A DNA stretch of 32,000 nucleotides from Alkalilimnicola ehrlichii MLHE-1. GTDB lineage: Bacteria > Pseudomonadota > Gammaproteobacteria > Nitrococcales > Halorhodospiraceae. The translations under genes were made by a program, and so were the position numbers. Shown piece by piece: positions 1-7,963 of the stretch; position 1 is the stretch's first letter, and each line of letters begins with the position of its first letter. The notes under the pieces were generated by a model that saw only the letters and a program-made list of their open reading frames with translations, searched no databases and had not been told where the DNA came from. The stretch spans positions 2,640,001 through 2,672,000 of the forward strand of contig NC_008340.1 in the NCBI RefSeq assembly GCF_000014785.1, written 5' to 3'.

Positions 1-658
1 TCACGCGCACGGTCGAGCCCTTCATCGCGCTGCCATTGTCGGCGTGCAGGACGAGTGGAGTGCCATGACAGCCTTCCCGCAGCACCGTTCGTTCGATCAG
101 CCGGGCACTGTTGAGCGCGGTCTCGTTCTCGAAGACCTCCGCGCCCACGATCTTGCGGCTGTAGATGTCGATGATCAGGTACAGATAGAAGTACACGCCG
201 CGAACGGCCGAGGGGAGGTAGGTGACATCCCACGTCCAAACGGCGTTCGGTTGGTCCGCCCGGTGAGACGCCGGTGCGCCCATCTGGCGCGGCGTCCTTG
301 CCCGGCCACGCCGGTTCTGCTCGCCGGCATCGCGCAGGATGCGGTAGAACGTCGACTCCGAGGCCAGGTAGCAGTCGTGCTCGTCCAACAACCGCGGCAC
401 GATCTGCGCTGGCGGCAGGCTGGCATACTCGGGCAGATGGCATGTGGCCAGCACCGCCTGGCGCTCGGCATCACTCAGTGCGTACTGCGGACAAGGCCGG
501 TGCGCCGTGGGCCGACGGTCCTCACCGCCACGCGACCAACGCCGGTACGTGTTGGGGCCGATCCCCAACACGGCACACGCGGACTTCAGCCGAGCACCGT
601 CGCGCCGGGCTTCATCGACCAGCCTGATGGCTCGATTGCGATCTGCGGTGCTGGTCAT
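1..658 (-). CDS. IS3-family transposase OrfB (DDE/rve integrase core), N-terminal ~219 codons only
   Basis: Near-identical to 6708-7365 on the opposite strand. The ATG (cat 656-658) overlaps the orfA stop (tca 655-657). The plus-strand ORF 44..1231 in the track is its antisense shadow. Confidence 0.9.
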   Translation of the reverse strand, partial: MTSTADRNRAIRLVDEARRDGARLKSACAVLGIGPNTYRRWSRGGEDRRPTAHRPCPQYALSDAERQAVLATCHLPEYASLPPAQIVPRLLDEHDCYLASESTFYRILRDAGEQNRRGRARTPRQMGAPASHRADQPNAVWTWDVTYLPSAVRGVYFYLYLIIDIYSRKIVGAEVFENETALNSARLIERTVLREGCHGTPLVLHADNGSAMKGSTVRV

Positions 659-1146
659 TCGTCCTCGTCCCCCCAGATCGCATGGGCTTTTTTTCGCAAC
701 GTCAGCAAGGCCGCTGTCTCGGCCAGCGCGGCCTCCTTGCGTTTGAGCTCGCGCTGTAGTTTCCGGCTACGCTTGCGCTCCTGCTTGAGGGCATCGCCCT
801 CGCGCTGGGAGGCGGCCTGGCTCAGGTCGTTGCCTTGTTCGCAGGCCAGCCGCCAACGCCGAACCTGTTCCGGGTACAGGCCTCGTCTGCGGCAGTATTC
901 GGCGAGCTCCGCCTCCGACAAAGACGCGGTTTCCAGCACCGCATTGAACTTGTCCCGGGAACTCCAGCCCTCCGGGTCACAACCCCCTTCAGGCAGCAAC
1001 TGGCCGCTCTGGCGGGCCTGCTTGCGCCAAAGGTATATCGTTGCCGCCGAGATACCTTCCTCGGCAGCGACCTCCGGGACCGACCGGTTATGTGGCGCCC
1101 GGAGCTTGTTCAACACCGCTTCCTTGCGCTCGGTGGAATACTTCAT
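655..1146 (-). CDS. IS3-family transposase OrfA (HTH + leucine-zipper-like tail), 163 aa
   Basis: ORF track: MKYSTERKEAVLNKLRAPHNRSVPEVAAEEGISAATIYLWRKQ... (HTH). It differs at 3 residues from the 6220..6711 copy. A T7 run at 688-694 is the reverse-strand equivalent of the slippery A7G. Confidence 0.92.
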   Translation of the reverse strand: MKYSTERKEAVLNKLRAPHNRSVPEVAAEEGISAATIYLWRKQARQSGQLLPEGGCDPEGWSSRDKFNAVLETASLSEAELAEYCRRRGLYPEQVRRWRLACEQGNDLSQAASQREGDALKQERKRSRKLQRELKRKEAALAETAALLTLRKKAHAIWGDEDE

Positions 1147-1266
1147 CGGAACCTCTCTGCGCCCCCCTGTTCAGGTTCAAACTCTAACACCAGGTGAAGT
1201 TCCAACTAGCTTGACAGTGGGGGATGCCTAGAGGCGTCGATGCAATCATCAGGGACCTGACATTTT

Positions 1267-2637
1267 ATGCATTCTAAGAAAAAAACTTTATACATTTTGA
1301 TGGAGCTAAAACGTCGCGAGCTCGAAGGCAAGATGCTCTTGGCGCATGAAGCGGCCGCTCAAGGTTTTCGGGTAATATTAGGGTCGCAGGATTATATTAA
1401 GCGTGCGTTTGAATATGGATTTTTCCCGCCAGGGATTTACATGGATAAGTCCTTGGCAAAGGCAAAGGCACGGGAGCTAAATAAAAGATCGAAGGAAGGG
1501 TGTGTAATCGTATCTCAGGATGAAGAAGGGGGGTTTTTGGATCGAGATTCAGTCAAGTTCGTCAAGTTTCGAAGCTCAGGGGAAACAGTAAGTGCCGCCA
1601 GCGCAATTTTCGCATGGGGTGAATTGGACGCTGATGGCTGGAAATATTGTTATCCCCAGGCGCGCGATAAAATTTTCATCACCGGTTCCCCGCGGGTGGA
1701 CTTCTGGAGGAAAGATTTTGAAAGTTTTTTCTCAAATGATATCGACAGGATTCAAGAAGAATATGGTAGTTTCGTTCTTATTCCCTCGAATTTTTCTCTC
1801 GCGAACCCTCTCGCTATAGAAACGGATCTTCTTGAGCAGGCGAAACAGAGTGGGAGGGTTCAATCTGCTCGTGAAGAACGAGAGTTTTTAAAGCTTATTG
1901 AGGATATCGGAAAGATATTTGACGAATATGTTTCGTTAATAAATTATCTTGCAGACATATTTCCTGAAGTCAACTTCGTTGTCCGTCCGCATCCTTCCGA
2001 AGATAAAGGCGCTTGGGGGAGGCGCCTTTCTCATAGAAAGAATATTTACGTCGTGCCTTCAGGTGGCATTAGTCAGTGGGTGAGAGCAAGCTCGTTAATT
2101 ATTCATAACGGGTGTACGACAGGATTAGAGGCCTACGTTTCAAAGAAGCCGGTCCTTGCCTTCGAACCATTCAATAGCGCGGCGAACCGTGAGATTCCAA
2201 ATTATGTCTCCTATAGAGTAGAAACGAAGGAAGATGTTCGGTGGGCGATCGAAGAAGTTATTTTGCAGAAAAAAGGCCTCTCTGGAGATGATCAGGGACC
2301 AAAAGGAGATCTGGTGGCTAAGAGGCTAGCGAATTCCGTTAGCATGCCGGCAAGCGAAAAGATTGTAGAAACGTTGAAAACGTTCCATGTTCCAGCTGCT
2401 GCCTCCCCCTCGTCGTGGAGGTTGCATCTAGTTTCACTCCGGATTTTTATGGCGAATGGGTTTTCACTGGCAAGAAAGGGTGTGGCCATTCAAAGCAAAA
2501 GAAAGTTTCCGTTTTTGACAAGTGGCGAAGTTACAGACCTGCATAATAAGCTAGTTTCTATTAAGCCAGAATTCAAAAAATGTGCATGCAGAAAAATGTA
2601 TGGAGATGTTTTCATAATTGAGGCGGATCGTGATTGA
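1267..2637 (+). CDS. Uncharacterised surface-carbohydrate biosynthesis-type protein, 456 aa, with GT-B-like C-terminal half
   Basis: Clean ORF in the AT-rich island. The N-terminus YILMELKRRELEGKMLLAHEAAAQGFRVILG, then VVRPHPSED and LIIHNGCTTGLEAYVSKKPVLAF, resemble capsule/teichoic-type GT-B transferases. From memory this is the surface carbohydrate biosynthesis protein family; not verified. Confidence 0.6.
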   Translation: MHSKKKTLYILMELKRRELEGKMLLAHEAAAQGFRVILGSQDYIKRAFEYGFFPPGIYMDKSLAKAKARELNKRSKEGCVIVSQDEEGGFLDRDSVKFVKFRSSGETVSAASAIFAWGELDADGWKYCYPQARDKIFITGSPRVDFWRKDFESFFSNDIDRIQEEYGSFVLIPSNFSLANPLAIETDLLEQAKQSGRVQSAREEREFLKLIEDIGKIFDEYVSLINYLADIFPEVNFVVRPHPSEDKGAWGRRLSHRKNIYVVPSGGISQWVRASSLIIHNGCTTGLEAYVSKKPVLAFEPFNSAANREIPNYVSYRVETKEDVRWAIEEVILQKKGLSGDDQGPKGDLVAKRLANSVSMPASEKIVETLKTFHVPAAASPSSWRLHLVSLRIFMANGFSLARKGVAIQSKRKFPFLTSGEVTDLHNKLVSIKPEFKKCACRKMYGDVFIIEADRD

Positions 2638-2843
2638 TTTTGTCCTGCGTTCGTCCTTTTTTCTATGCAGCTCTTTAGTAAGAGTTCGCGCTCATCCGCG
2701 ATGAATGCTGCGTACTGGCGAGTGGTCCTCCGAGGAAAAAGGCAGTAATTCAGTGCATAAGCAGTCTTGTCCGAATGAGAAACAGTGAGTGATATGAATC
2801 TGCGGCAGAATGGCTGAAAATTCGAATTTTGAGAATTACTGAT

Positions 2844-3956
2844 ATGCAGAGAAAGGTATTGTTTGTGCTTCCCACCTTAAGCGGGGGCGGAGCCGAAAGG
2901 GTGATGGTTCACCTGTTGAATGCTATGACGACCGCTCGGTGTCTAACGCCGATTCTGGTCGTGGGCGTGAAAAGAGGCGTGTTCGTGAATCGGCTGCCTG
3001 AAAATTTGAAGGTAGTCGAGCTTGGCTCCGAAAGGGCTAGGACGGTTTTGTGGCGATTGCACCAGGTTATAAAGAAGGAAAAGCCCGACGTCGTATTGTC
3101 GACTCTAGGAATGAATGTGGCCGTATGCGCAGTCTCAATGTTTTCTGGAGGGAAGTTTCGGGTGGTGTCACGATTAGGGAATACGGTGAGCGCATACCTC
3201 CGGGATGCGGGGAGAAAAGGAGTGCTGCCTAAGGCCTTTGAATATTTGAAGTCTTATATGGTTGCGAAGATCAGTGATGCCATTATCTGTCAAAGCCAGT
3301 TTATGATGGACGATTTTGTTCATGCGTTCCCAAGTGTTATGGAAAAATGCCGGGTCATTTACAATCCGGTTAATTGTAGGGAATTGGATCGGCTTGCCTC
3401 GGAAGATTGTGAACTCAAGGGCACTGGTTTATACATTGTGTCGACCGGTAGAATGAGTTACCAAAAAGGGCATGATATCCTTCTTGATGCATTATCTGTG
3501 CTTCGGGCCGACCAGTACAGATTCACATGCCATATCTTTGGGGAAGGGGAAGCCCTGCCCTCACTGGAAGAGCGTAGTAGGAGGCATGGTTTGGAGAATT
3601 TTGTGTCGTTTCCGGGGTTTTTCCCTAATCCATACGCTTGCATGAAAAGAGCGGATGTGTTCGTTTCTGCGTCGAGGTACGAGGGGTTCGCGAATGCGAT
3701 ACTCGAAGCCGCAGCCCTAGGGGTCAAAATAGTGGCAAGTGACTGTCCTGGCGCAAATCGAGAAATCAAAGAACTTGCAAGAATTAGACTTTTTGAAAAT
3801 GAAAACCCGGCCGATCTGTGCAGGGCATTAAAAGAGATAATCGATAACGGGGGTGGTCGCGCTGCAGCCCCAGCGTCAAGCGAAAAGATAAGATCTAGAT
3901 TCGATATTTCGAAAATTGCTCGGGAATACGAGAAATGCCTCTGTGAACCCGGATAA
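2844..3956 (+). CDS. Group-1 (GT4) glycosyltransferase
   Basis: MQRKVLFVLPTLSGGGAERV... N-terminus, and the E-x7-E region RYEGFANAILEAAALGVKIVASDCPG. The track starts at TTG 2829; ATG 2844 is the more likely start. Low-GC like its neighbour. Confidence 0.85.
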   Translation: MQRKVLFVLPTLSGGGAERVMVHLLNAMTTARCLTPILVVGVKRGVFVNRLPENLKVVELGSERARTVLWRLHQVIKKEKPDVVLSTLGMNVAVCAVSMFSGGKFRVVSRLGNTVSAYLRDAGRKGVLPKAFEYLKSYMVAKISDAIICQSQFMMDDFVHAFPSVMEKCRVIYNPVNCRELDRLASEDCELKGTGLYIVSTGRMSYQKGHDILLDALSVLRADQYRFTCHIFGEGEALPSLEERSRRHGLENFVSFPGFFPNPYACMKRADVFVSASRYEGFANAILEAAALGVKIVASDCPGANREIKELARIRLFENENPADLCRALKEIIDNGGGRAAAPASSEKIRSRFDISKIAREYEKCLCEPG

Positions 3957-3973
3957 TTCATCAGGTAGGCGAT

Positions 3974-4366
3974 TGCCCCCACTGTCAAGCTAGGTTGAAC
4001 TTCACCTGGTGTTAGAGTTTGAACCTGAACAGGGGGGCGCAGAGAGGTTCCGATGAAGTATTCCACCGAGCGCAAGGAAGCGGTGTTGAACAAGCTCCGG
4101 GCGCCACATAACCGGTCGGTCTCGGAGGTCGCTGCCGAGGAAGGTATCTCGGCGGCAACGATATACCTTTGGCGCAAGCAGGCCCGCCAGAGCGGCCAGT
4201 TGCTGCCTGAAGGGGGTTGTGACCCGGAGGGCTGGAGTTCCCGGGACAAGTTCAATGCGGTGCTGGAAACCGCGTCTTTGTCGGAGGCGGAGCTCGCCGA
4301 ATACTGCCGCAGACGAGGCCTGTACCCGGAACAGGTTCGGCGTTGGCGGCTGGCCTGCGAACAAGG
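3974..4366 (+). mobile_element. IS3-family insertion sequence, copy 2 (5' 393-nt fragment, interrupted by IS21-family element)
   Basis: tgcccccactgtcaagcta... at 3974, with orfA ATG 79 nt later, as in copy 3. Identity to copy 3 stops after gaacaagg (4366), where copy 3 continues caacgacc and this copy continues tgtcaatgg. Confidence 0.9.
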
Positions 4367-4388
4367 TGTCAATGGCCAGATAAAGTGA
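4053..4388 (+). pseudogene. Truncated IS3 orfA (native to codon ~105, then read-through into IS21 end)
   Basis: The ORF track protein matches OrfA up to ...RRWRLACEQG, then has the foreign tail VNGQIK. Confidence 0.9.
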
Positions 4389-4500
4389 CCCCACTGGCCA
4401 TCAGAACTGACCCACCCTTGGGGTGGCCACTGGCCACGAGTAGACCGTACCGTCCATGGCCACACGGGCTGGCGAGGACGGGGTATTGAAGGAGTGGGTC

Positions 4501-6027
4501 GTGATACACAAGATCAAGGCACTGTACGACGAAGGCCGTGGGCTCTCAGTTCGGGCCATCAGCCGGGAGCTGGGCATCTCGCGCAACACGGTGCGCAAGT
4601 ACCTGCGGGCGGACACCGAAGCGGTCGCAGCGGAGCGGGCCGATGGGCGCCGGGGCCGGCTGCTGGATGAGCACCGGGCTTACATGGAGTATTTGCTGCG
4701 CCGCTACCCGCAGCTCAGCGCCGTGAAGGTGGCGCGCAAGCTCCGGGACAAGGTCGGTGACCTGGCGGTCTCGGATCGCAGTCTCCGGCGGTATCTGCAG
4801 GAGCTGCGCGCCAGCGTCCAAGTGGCCCAGCCGCGCTACTACGAGCCGGTGCTGGACGTGGTGCCGGGCGTACAGTGCCAGGTGGACCCCGGTGAGTTGC
4901 GGGGCGTGGCCATCAGCGGCGTGGAGCGCACGGTCTACTTCGTGGTCTTCGTGCTCTCGTTCTCGCGGCTGATGCACGTTGCGGTGGCCTTCCGGCCCAT
5001 CGACACGGCGCTGTTCATCCGCATGCATGATGAGGCGCTGCGGGCCTTTGGCGGTACCCCGGAGGAGTGCGTCTACGACCAGACGAAGATGGTGGTCATC
5101 GCCGAGCAGTTCCGGGAGCTGACGGTCAACGAGCGCTTCCATGAGTACGCCACCGGTGCGGGCTTTCGCATCCATGCCTGCCGGGGGTACGACCCGGAGA
5201 GCAAGGGCAAGGTGGAGGCCGGGGTGAAGTACGTTAAGCGCGATTGCCTGTACGGGGAGCGCTTTGCCGACGAGGCAGACGTCCGCGCCCACGTCCAGCA
5301 GTGGCTCGACCAAGTGGCCAATGTCCGCCGCCACGGCACCACCGGGCGTGAGCCCCGGGGGCACTTTGAGGCTGAAGAGCGGGCGCACCTACGGGCCTAC
5401 CTCACCCCCTCGTGCTTGACCCAGGCGGCTGCGGCGCGCCAGACCCGCAAGGTGGACAAGACCGGGCTGATCGCCTGGCACTCGAACAAGTATTCGGTAC
5501 CCATGCGCTACCAGCGTGGCCGGGTGGGCGTGCAGGCCGACGAGACCCAGCTTCACATCCTCGACCTGGAAAGCGGTGAGATCGTGGCCACCCATACACT
5601 GGCCACGGGCAAGGGCCAGACGGTGCGTAACACCGACCACTACCGGGATCGCCGACAGCAGATCGAGACCCTGGAGGCCGCCATTGGCGAACGCGTGGGC
5701 GAGCAGACCGGAGCCCGGCTGTGTGCCCGGTTGCGGGCCAGCAACCCGCGGATCTATCGCGACCAGGTGGCCGCCGTACACGCCCTGCTGGAGAGCGGGC
5801 CGCCCCCGGCACCCGGACTGGTCGAGGACCTGGCCGGGCGCGAAGGGATGACCGCCACCCGCTTCAAGGCCCAACTGCAGGCGGCACACCGGGCCCAGGA
5901 GCGGGGCCGGGACCTCGAAGCGGATGCCGACGAGCCCGCCGTGGACGCGCAGGCACTGGCCCTGTCGGCCTACGCCCATCTTGGCCAGTCGGCCGGCCAA
6001 GAGGAGTTGACCCATGAGCCTGCTTGA
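4501..6027 (+). CDS. istA: IS21-family transposase IstA
   Basis: VIHKIKALYDEGRGLSVRAISRELGISRNTVRKYL (HTH) followed by a DDE-type catalytic region. GTG 4501 has GGAG 6 nt upstream. The track's ATG 4456 is an alternative start. Confidence 0.85.
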   Translation: MIHKIKALYDEGRGLSVRAISRELGISRNTVRKYLRADTEAVAAERADGRRGRLLDEHRAYMEYLLRRYPQLSAVKVARKLRDKVGDLAVSDRSLRRYLQELRASVQVAQPRYYEPVLDVVPGVQCQVDPGELRGVAISGVERTVYFVVFVLSFSRLMHVAVAFRPIDTALFIRMHDEALRAFGGTPEECVYDQTKMVVIAEQFRELTVNERFHEYATGAGFRIHACRGYDPESKGKVEAGVKYVKRDCLYGERFADEADVRAHVQQWLDQVANVRRHGTTGREPRGHFEAEERAHLRAYLTPSCLTQAAAARQTRKVDKTGLIAWHSNKYSVPMRYQRGRVGVQADETQLHILDLESGEIVATHTLATGKGQTVRNTDHYRDRRQQIETLEAAIGERVGEQTGARLCARLRASNPRIYRDQVAAVHALLESGPPPAPGLVEDLAGREGMTATRFKAQLQAAHRAQERGRDLEADADEPAVDAQALALSAYAHLGQSAGQEELTHEPA

Positions 6028-6140
6028 ACGGACCGCGACTCGCTACCGGGGCCTGCGCTGCAGTGCCATTGCCGCCGAGCTGCCGGATCTGCTGGCCCGG
6101 GCCGAGGACAACGCCATGTCTTATCTGGCCTTCGCTGACC
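6014..6140 (+). pseudogene. istB: IstB helper ATPase, first 42 codons only (cut by IS3 copy 3)
   Basis: ATG 6014 overlaps the istA stop (6025-6027). My translation is MSLLERTATRYRGLRCSAIAAELPDLLARAEDNAMSYLAFADL, which then runs directly into the IS3 end at 6141. No Walker motifs are reached. Confidence 0.8.
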
Positions 6141-6219
6141 TGCCCCCACTGTCAAGCTAGTTGGAACCTCACCTGGTGTTAGAGTTTGAACCTGAACAGG
6201 GGGGCGCAGAGAGGTTCCG

Positions 6220-6711
6220 ATGAAGTATTCCACCGAGCGCAAGGAAGCGGTGTTGAACAAGCTCCGGGCGCCACATAACCGGTCGGTCCCGGAGGTCGCT
6301 GCCGAGGAAGGTATCTCGGCGGCAACGATATACCTTTGGCGCAAGCAGGCCCGCCAGAGCGGCCAGCTGCTGCCTGAAGGAGGTTCGGACCCGGAGGGCT
6401 GGAGTTCCCGGGACAAGTTCAATGCGGTGCTGGAAACCGCGTCTTTGTCGGAGGCGGAGCTCGCCGAATACTGCCGCAGACGAGGCCTGTACCCGGAACA
6501 GCTTCGGCGTTGGCGGCTGGCCTGCGAACAAGGCAACGACCTGAGCCAGGCCGCCTCCCAGCGCGAGGGCGATGCCCTCAAGCAGGAGCGCAAGCGTAGC
6601 CGGCAACTGCAGCGTGAGCTTAAACGCAAGGAGGCCGCCCTGGCCGAGACAGCGGCCTTGCTGACGTTGCGAAAAAAAGCCCATGCGATCTGGGGGGACG
6701 AGGACGAATGA
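6220..6711 (+). CDS. IS3-family transposase OrfA, 163 aa
   Basis: ORF track. HTH N-terminus and heptad-rich C-terminus (KQERKRSRQLQRELKRKEAALAETAALL). Confidence 0.92.
   Translation: MKYSTERKEAVLNKLRAPHNRSVPEVAAEEGISAATIYLWRKQARQSGQLLPEGGSDPEGWSSRDKFNAVLETASLSEAELAEYCRRRGLYPEQLRRWRLACEQGNDLSQAASQREGDALKQERKRSRQLQRELKRKEAALAETAALLTLRKKAHAIWGDEDE
6672..6679 (+). promoter_or_regulatory. Putative programmed -1 ribosomal frameshift site (A7G slippery run) producing OrfAB
   Basis: cgAAAAAAAGcc reads R-K-K-A in the orfA frame. The -1 frame is open from 6672 through the orfB ATG at 6708 (aaa aaa agc cca tgc gat ctg ggg gga cga gga cga atg). Confidence 0.7.
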
Positions 6712-7772
6712 CCAGCACCGCAGATCGCAATCGAGCCATCCGGCTGGTCGATGAAGCCCGGTGCGACGGTGCTCGGCTGAAGTCCGCGTGTGCCGTGTTG
6801 GGGATCGGCCCCAACACGTACCGGCGTTGGTCGCGTGGCGGTGAGGACCGTCGGCCCACGGCGCACCGGCCTTGTCCGCAGTACGCACTGAGTGATGCCG
6901 AGCGCCAGGCGGTGCTGGCCACATGCCATCTGCCCGAGTATGCCAGCCTGCCGCCGGCGCAGATCGTGCCGCGGTTGTTGGACGAGCACGACTGCTACCT
7001 GGCCTCGGAATCGACGTTCTACCGCATCCTGCGCGATGCCGGGGAGCAGAACCGGCGAGGCCGGGCACGGGCGCCGCGCCAGATGGGCGCACCGGCGTCT
7101 CACCGGGCGGACCAACCGAACGCCGTTTGGACTTGGGATGTCACCTACCTCCCCTCGGCCGTTCGCGGCGTGTACTTCTATCTGTACCTGATCATCGACA
7201 TCTACAGCCGCAAGATCGTGGGCGCGGAGGTCTTCGAGAACGAGACCGCGCTCAACAGCGCCCGGCTGATCGAACGAACGGTGCTGCGGGAAGGCTGTCA
7301 TGGCACGCCACTCGTCCTGCACGCCGACAATGGCAGCGCGATGAAGGGCTCGACCGTGCGCGTGACCCTGGAACGGCTCGGGATCATCCGCTCCCACAGC
7401 CGGCCCCGGGTGTCTGACGACAATCCCTTCTCCGAGGCGCTGTTCCGCCATTGCAAGTACCGCCCCGATTACCCGGTGGACGGCTTCCAGGACCTGGCGC
7501 AGGCCCGCGAGTGGGTGTTGAGCTTTGAGCGCTGGTACAACGACGAACACCGCCACAGTGGGATCCGCTTCGTGACACCGACCGAACGTCATGCGGGCCA
7601 TGACACGGAGATCCTGAGCAGACGTCATGCCCTCAACGAGCAGGCCCGGTCCCGGAACCCGTCTCGCTGGAGCGGCAAGACCCGCAACTGGGAGCCGACC
7701 CAATCCGTCGCCCTCAACCCCGATCGTGAGCTTATGGTCCAGCACGCCGCGCCGGAAAAACTCGCAGCATAA
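6708..7772 (+). CDS. IS3-family transposase OrfB (DDE integrase core), 354 aa
   Basis: WTWDVTYLPS...YLYLIIDIYSRKIVG...LHADNGSAMKG...RPRVSDDNPFSEALFRHCKY, typical of the rve domain. It lies in the -1 frame relative to orfA, with its ATG inside ATGA at the orfA stop. Confidence 0.92.
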   Translation: MTSTADRNRAIRLVDEARCDGARLKSACAVLGIGPNTYRRWSRGGEDRRPTAHRPCPQYALSDAERQAVLATCHLPEYASLPPAQIVPRLLDEHDCYLASESTFYRILRDAGEQNRRGRARAPRQMGAPASHRADQPNAVWTWDVTYLPSAVRGVYFYLYLIIDIYSRKIVGAEVFENETALNSARLIERTVLREGCHGTPLVLHADNGSAMKGSTVRVTLERLGIIRSHSRPRVSDDNPFSEALFRHCKYRPDYPVDGFQDLAQAREWVLSFERWYNDEHRHSGIRFVTPTERHAGHDTEILSRRHALNEQARSRNPSRWSGKTRNWEPTQSVALNPDRELMVQHAAPEKLAA

Positions 7773-7963
7773 ATGGACTCAGACGCGACAGAACGCTTGA
7801 CAGCCACCGCCCACGATCTGCTGGCGCGGTATGACGAAATCCTTGCTTCCGGTGCCTGCCGCCATGCGGCGGAGGATTACTTTTCAGGAGGGCAGGGGGC
7901 ACGGAGGTATCGACACATCTACCAGGCATTGATTCCCGAGTCCGCTAGTTCGGAGACAGGGGC

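Larger units (their letters stand above)
1..1225 (-). mobile_element. IS3-family insertion sequence, copy 1 (partial, cut by window start; orfA-proximal end at ~1223-1225)
   Basis: The reverse complement of 1-1225 aligns almost base for base with 6141-7365 of complete copy 3. It has the same 79-nt leader, orfA, and ATGA orfA/orfB junction. The terminal sequence cccccactgtcaagcta is shared by all three copies. Copy 1 has AT where copies 2 and 3 have the terminal TG. Confidence 0.9.
4367..6140 (+). mobile_element. IS21-family insertion sequence, left ~1.77 kb only (istA intact, istB cut)
   Basis: Starts with TGTCAATGGCCAG. It is followed by reiterated (A/C)TGGCCA motifs (tcaatggccag, cactggccat, cactggccac, ccatggccac), typical of multi-repeat IS21 ends. 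It has istA-istB organisation with an overlapping stop/start. Confidence 0.85.
6141..7813 (+). mobile_element. IS3-family insertion sequence, copy 3 (apparently complete; right end uncertain, 7813 or ~7901)
   Basis: IRL is tgcccccactgtcaagctag at 6141. orfA and orfB are both intact. The best IRR candidate ends at CA 7812-7813, because gcttgacag at 7793-7801 mirrors ctgtcaagc of the IRL. An alternative is ggggca ending at 7901, which mirrors the terminal tgccccc. Confidence 0.8.

Noticed and set aside
44-1231. Long plus-strand ORF (395 aa) across IS3 copy 1. Its counterparts are 3458..4465 (-), 5970..7745 (-) and 6169..7092 (-).
   Set aside because: They run antisense to clearly recognisable transposase genes and have Arg/Ala/Pro/Ser-rich low-complexity translations with no motifs. 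They are typical shadow ORFs of GC-rich DNA.
1279-1285. A7 run in codons 4-6 of the 456-aa cassette gene, as a possible slipped-strand phase-variation tract.
   Set aside because: Seven adenines is short for contingency loci, and the run simply encodes KKK in an AT-rich gene. I cannot see population heterogeneity from a single sequence.
2667-2750. Small basic ORF (MQLFSKSSRSSAMNAAYWRVVLRGKRQ, 27 aa) in the gap between the two cassette genes.
   Set aside because: It has no ribosome-binding site and no conservation evidence is available to me. Its length and composition are compatible with chance in AT-rich DNA.
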